Source: Gammaproteobacteria bacterium
GTDB lineage: Bacteria; Pseudomonadota; Gammaproteobacteria; JAADGQ01
Reading direction: 5' to 3'
Assembly (NCBI GenBank): GCA_013152295.1
Contig: JAADGQ010000064.1
Coordinates: 3,631 to 55,472, forward strand
DNA length: 51,842 bases
The notes under the pieces were generated by a model that made no database searches, was not told where the DNA came from, and saw only the letters and a program-made list of their open reading frames with translations. Positions 47,939-51,842 of this stretch are shown piece by piece (positions within the stretch are counted from its first letter, which is position 1; each line of letters opens with the position of its first letter). The position numbers and the translations under genes are program-made.

Positions 47939-49765
47939 GTGTACAATATCGCATCCGTTAACAACCATGAGCCACTGCGTTTTGACCCTTTTCTTGACCC
48001 TTCTGTTACCGCGATGAAAGCCACCTCCGCCCGCTCGGCCACTACCGATCCAGCAACATTTTGGAGGCGCCCGCTGCTTTGGCATGACATCGCCCTCTTT
48101 TCAATCATGGCTGTTCTGGCGGGTTGCGGCTTGGTCTATGAGTACCTGCTGTCGCACTACGCCGGGCGGGTGCTGGGTGCGGTAGAGACCGCTATTTTCG
48201 CGATGATCGGCATCATGATTGTGGCAATGGGGGTCGGTGCATTGGCGGCGCGCTGGATTCGCTGTCCGTTCAGCGGTTTTGCCTGGTTGGAGGTAGCGAT
48301 CGCACTACTCGGTTCCAGTGCGGTACTGATTGTTGCAGCGACGATTTCGTTCACCAATTTGCTGCCCCAGGTTATCGCCAACGTCTACGGCTTGCCACCC
48401 GATTTGGTGCCGCAAGGGGGGTGGATTAGCCACGTTAATGCGCTGGCCAATATCTCACCGTATGTGATCGGCTTTATTTTGGGCTTTTTGATCGGGGCAG
48501 AAATTCCGTTGATTGCGCGGGTGCGCGAATCGCTCTATGGCGAGCATCTGAAACACAATACGGGCGCTATTTATGGCATGGATTATATCGGTGCCGGCGT
48601 TGGCGCAGCGCTGTGGGTGCTGTTTATGTTGGCGATGGACCCTTTTTTGGCGGCGGTGCTGGTCGCTTCGTTCAACGTGGCGGCGGGTCTGCTGTTCTAC
48701 TTTTTGTACCGGCAGCGGATTCGTTTTGGCAAAACGCTGCTAGCAAGCCATGGTGCGGTGATTTTGGTGATCATCATGATCGGTACCTACGGCGCCGATT
48801 GGGATGCGACGATGGAGGATATGCTCTATCAGGACAAGGTGGTCTACCGCATGAACACCAAATATCAGCACATCACCATCACCGAACGCATCATGGACCC
48901 CGCAAAACCGGCGGTGCTGACCTTCTATATTAATGGCCGCACCCAGTTCGCCAGCAATGACGAGCGCATCTACCACTCGATGCTGGTCTACCCGGCGATG
49001 GCGGCTTCAGCGCGACACGACAACGTTCTCATCATCGGGGGCGGTGATGGGCTGGCGCTGCGTGATGTGCTGCGCTGGAATCCCAAGCAGGTGTTGCTAC
49101 TCGACCTCGACCAACAAGTGGTCGATTTTTTTTCACGGCCGCTGGAACGCAACGGGCGCGTTGTGAATGGAGCGCTGCTAGCCCTCAATCAGCACGCTTT
49201 TTCGGACCCTCGTGTCGAAACACGCTTCGGCGATGCCTATCTGTCTGTTGATGCACTACTGCGCAATCAACGCAGTTTCGATACCATCATCGTTGACCTG
49301 CCTGACCCCAGCCATCCCGATCTGAACAACCTCTACTCGGCGCGTTTCTACGCCAAATTGATGCATCTGTTGGCCGGTGATGGCGCAATCACCATCCAGT
49401 CCACCTCACCGTATCATGCCAAGAATGCATTTCTCAGCATCGGCAAAACCGTCAAACATGCGGGTTACCTCCATGTAGAGCAGTATCACCACAATGTGCC
49501 GAGTTTCGGTGAGTGGGGCTGGACCATCGCCGTAAAAAACGGCAAACCGGCACGCCAGCGGCTACAGGAGCTGTCTGAGCTGCCGATTGACGATGGCTGG
49601 ACTGCCCAAGGGGTAATGCTGGCGGCATTTGAGTTTGGCAAACACTACTTTGATGACATCGATCAGGTTGAAATTAACCGGGTCGGCTCCAATGTACTGT
49701 ACCGATACCATCAAAATGACTGGCAAAAGGAGCAAGGCATCTATCAGGTGCCACAACGACCCTGA
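47939..49765 (+). CDS. Membrane-anchored spermidine synthase-like polyamine aminopropyltransferase
   Basis: The N-terminal ~280 aa is polytopic membrane domain. The C-terminal domain has IIGGGDGLALRDVL and IIVDLPDP motifs of the spermidine synthase fold. The start is uncertain: GTG 47939 or ATG 48014. Confidence 0.85.
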   Translation: MYNIASVNNHEPLRFDPFLDPSVTAMKATSARSATTDPATFWRRPLLWHDIALFSIMAVLAGCGLVYEYLLSHYAGRVLGAVETAIFAMIGIMIVAMGVGALAARWIRCPFSGFAWLEVAIALLGSSAVLIVAATISFTNLLPQVIANVYGLPPDLVPQGGWISHVNALANISPYVIGFILGFLIGAEIPLIARVRESLYGEHLKHNTGAIYGMDYIGAGVGAALWVLFMLAMDPFLAAVLVASFNVAAGLLFYFLYRQRIRFGKTLLASHGAVILVIIMIGTYGADWDATMEDMLYQDKVVYRMNTKYQHITITERIMDPAKPAVLTFYINGRTQFASNDERIYHSMLVYPAMAASARHDNVLIIGGGDGLALRDVLRWNPKQVLLLDLDQQVVDFFSRPLERNGRVVNGALLALNQHAFSDPRVETRFGDAYLSVDALLRNQRSFDTIIVDLPDPSHPDLNNLYSARFYAKLMHLLAGDGAITIQSTSPYHAKNAFLSIGKTVKHAGYLHVEQYHHNVPSFGEWGWTIAVKNGKPARQRLQELSELPIDDGWTAQGVMLAAFEFGKHYFDDIDQVEINRVGSNVLYRYHQNDWQKEQGIYQVPQRP

Positions 49766-49816
49766 ACCCAACCAAAGCAAATAGACGAGCAAAACCAAGC
49801 AACCCCATAATATGTC

Positions 49817-49845
49817 TTGACAGCACCAGAGATACCCCATAATAT
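49817..49845 (+). promoter_or_regulatory. Predicted sigma70 promoter TTGACA-N17-TAATAT for the yjfI-like operon
   Basis: TTGACA at 49817-49822, a 17-nt spacer, and TAATAT at 49840-49845, about 30 nt upstream of ATG 49876. It overlaps a 15-bp direct repeat. Confidence 0.55.
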
Positions 49846-49875
49846 GTCACTCGACACTCTCAATAAGGAGCGCAC

Positions 49876-50295
49876 ATGAGCAAGCAGCAGACACTGAATG
49901 AATTGGCAGCAGCCATTAATGGCACACAAACAGAAGAGGGTTCTGTGTTCACCGCCGAACTGATAAGCGGCGAAGTGGATGTTCTCCAGGTTGTCGTGGA
50001 GGATCGTGAAGAGTTCCCTATTTACGTGACATTGGATGACAGCCAAATTCTCTGCGTTACCCATTTGTGGAAAGAGTCTGAAGTTAAGCAGGGGCAACGT
50101 GAATCGCTGCTGGATGCGCTGTTGACGATGAACGTGCCAATGCCGCTCTCTTCATTTTCGAAGGTGGGCGACCAATACATCATTTTTGGTGCGTTGGCGA
50201 GCAGTTCGAATATTGGTGATGTCAGCTACGAAATTGAAGTGCTCAGCGATAACACGCTTGAAGCGATCGAAGCTGTAGCCGAGTTTTTGAACTAA
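49876..50295 (+). CDS. YjfI-like (DUF2170) protein
   Basis: 139 aa, acidic, with AAGGAG SD. The call rests on size and its position directly upstream of a PspA/IM30 paralog, as in the E. coli yjfIJK cluster. Confidence 0.7.
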   Translation: MSKQQTLNELAAAINGTQTEEGSVFTAELISGEVDVLQVVVEDREEFPIYVTLDDSQILCVTHLWKESEVKQGQRESLLDALLTMNVPMPLSSFSKVGDQYIIFGALASSSNIGDVSYEIEVLSDNTLEAIEAVAEFLN

Positions 50296-50330
50296 CAGCA
50301 ACGAACTATCGACATACCAGGAGTCATATT

Positions 50331-51023
50331 ATGAGTATTTTAAAGCAGTTATGGACCGCCGTTAAAGGCGCGAGCACCGAAGCGGGCGAAGCGATTGTCG
50401 ATTCCCAGGCCATTCGTATATTGGAGCAAGAGATGCGCGACGCCAAAAAGCACCTCAATCAGGCTAAAGAGAATCTAACCTCTGTCATGGCCGAAAAGAT
50501 GGGCATTGAGCGCAAAGTTAAAACCTTGCGCCGTGAAATTGAAGAGCATGAAGGGTACGCCGTCAGCGCGCTTGATAATGGCAATGAAGGTCTGGCACTT
50601 GAGATTGCAGAGAAGATTGCCGAGCTGAGCAATGAGCTGGAAGTACAAGAGGAATTGCTAGCCAGCTATACGGGCAATGTGAGCAATCTTAAAAAGACCA
50701 TCAAGGGCACAGAGCGTAATATCGCCTCGATGGACCGTGAGCTTTCTGTCGTAAAAACCACCGAGAGCGTGCAGAAAGCGAGCGCAGCCGCCGCTGCCAA
50801 ATTTTCTGGCACCAACTCATCGTTACGCTCGGCGACTGACTCTCTGAGCAGAATCAAAGCCAAGCAGCAGAAACGTTCGGATCAGATGTCCGCAGCAATG
50901 GAGCTGCAAAATGAGGGCGAAGGCGGTGATCTCAAAGCCAAAATGAAAGCGGCAGGGATCGTCACAGGCTCTGCATCCAGCAACGACATTCTGGCCAAGC
51001 TCAGAGCCAAACGTGGCGGTTAA
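50331..51023 (+). CDS. PspA/IM30-family protein (YjfJ-like)
   Basis: 230 aa, all coiled coil. The N-terminus MSILKQLWTAVKG...IRILEQEMRDAKKHL resembles YjfJ/PspA. AGGAG SD. Confidence 0.88.
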   Translation: MSILKQLWTAVKGASTEAGEAIVDSQAIRILEQEMRDAKKHLNQAKENLTSVMAEKMGIERKVKTLRREIEEHEGYAVSALDNGNEGLALEIAEKIAELSNELEVQEELLASYTGNVSNLKKTIKGTERNIASMDRELSVVKTTESVQKASAAAAAKFSGTNSSLRSATDSLSRIKAKQQKRSDQMSAAMELQNEGEGGDLKAKMKAAGIVTGSASSNDILAKLRAKRGG

Positions 51024-51099
51024 CAGACCCGTGGCTTGGTAGTCATTAGTGTGTAAATTTGTATCAATTTAATCGGTTTGTGTAAGGCGGAGTGCGGCG

Positions 51100-51753
51100 A
51101 TGAGCTTCTTCAGCAGCTTCTTTAAAGATAAAACGACCCAAGAGAGTGCCCCCCGCTCTCTGAATCACCCCAAAGATCTGCAGATAGGAGACATCGTCGC
51201 ATTCGGTTTTACCGCACAAAGCGGAATCGGGCGGCAGTCATTTAAAGTCGACAGCATACGCACATACGACTTCGACGGCGATACCGAAAACCAAACGGTA
51301 TTTACACTAAAGGGTGCTGACAGCACTCTCTATCTTTCAGTCGTGCAGGACCGTGGCATTGAAAGAGTTGAACTGGCACGCACACTGCTACCCGAGGATG
51401 TAGCACAAATCTTCGATATTGAGCGGTTTGCCAACCTCTTTGAGCCCGACAGCGGCGTGCACAACACATTAAACCGGATTGATGAACCGGAAACTTACAG
51501 CGGTTGGACCGCAGCGGTCTACCGCCAGGAAGCAGGCAACCAGATCTACGTCGATAACACTGACTTGCGCGGAGACTCTGGCCAACGCTACGCTGATGAT
51601 GGCGCAGCCTGTGACTATTATTTGCTAGTTTCAGACGATCGAAACTATGCTGTGCAGGCAGAGGTTTATGACGGCGGACGCACGGATGTCTATTTGAAAG
51701 TATATATCCCCCTCTCAAAAATAGAAGGGCTCTGGCCCGCTGCCCAAGACTAG
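51100..51753 (+). CDS. YjfK-like (DUF2491) protein
   Basis: 217 aa, following the PspA paralog. Size and order match E. coli yjfK. The family call is by synteny and memory, not by alignment. Confidence 0.65.
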   Translation: MSFFSSFFKDKTTQESAPRSLNHPKDLQIGDIVAFGFTAQSGIGRQSFKVDSIRTYDFDGDTENQTVFTLKGADSTLYLSVVQDRGIERVELARTLLPEDVAQIFDIERFANLFEPDSGVHNTLNRIDEPETYSGWTAAVYRQEAGNQIYVDNTDLRGDSGQRYADDGAACDYYLLVSDDRNYAVQAEVYDGGRTDVYLKVYIPLSKIEGLWPAAQD

Positions 51754-51792
51754 GCACGGCTATTTTTGGTTGTGAAAAAAAACGGCACCTAA

Positions 51793-51842
51793 TTCTACTG
51801 TGTCACACTTGATAGATGCATCTGATGTAGGAGCGGCGCCTC
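51793..51842. repeat. MITE/REP-like element, copy C (truncated by the window end)
   Basis: The 50 nt TTCTACTGTGTCACACTTGATAGATGCATCTGATGTAGGAGCGGCGCCTC matches copy A (35854-35903) at 46 of 50 positions. Confidence 0.85.

Overview
51.8-kb chromosomal segment that looks gammaproteobacterial and chemoautotrophic. This is inferred from a form II RuBisCO gene (cbbM) with a divergent cbbR, plus gamma-type uvrB, xseA, hslR, truC and an E. coli-like yjfIJK block. About 44 protein genes are supported. I saw no rRNA, tRNA, CRISPR array, transposase, integrase or phage gene. From left to right the window holds: (1) cbbM/cbbR; (2) a large surface lipoprotein (thrombospondin type 3 (TSP3) repeats, Big_1 Ig-like domains) whose 3' end continues in another frame; (3) a RES/Xre type II toxin-antitoxin pair between long non-coding stretches; (4) an ABC ATPase, fused ABC-2 permease/GldG, and DUF4340 operon; (5) a housekeeping run of aminotransferase, DUF748, uvrB, xseA, M23 peptidase, OmpA lipoprotein, hslR, truC; (6) a translationally coupled membrane VWA protein and coiled-coil protein of unknown function; (7) an AmmeMemoRadiSam B+A pair with no radical SAM partner in the window; (8) a GYF_2/pentapeptide membrane protein; (9) a visibly AT-richer signalling block with REC-GGDEF(degenerate)-EAL, a periplasmic c-heme DUF3365 protein and an MCP; (10) a glutamine synthetase-like enzyme; (11) a second AT-richer seven-gene cluster (two-component system, small secreted protein, TonB-dependent receptor, ExbB, ExbD, TonB); (12) a MocR-regulated PhzF/EamA divergon; (13) a membrane spermidine-synthase-like gene followed by a YjfI/PspA(IM30)/YjfK module. 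At least three families of extragenic palindromic repeats are present. One is a ~120-bp MITE-like element with a 24-bp stem that shows compensatory substitutions between copies. No single locus can be declared a new system from sequence alone. The best candidates for uncharacterised biology are the VWA/coiled-coil pair, the orphan AmrB/AmrA pair, the heme-c DUF3365/MCP pair and the polyamine-linked PspA-like module.
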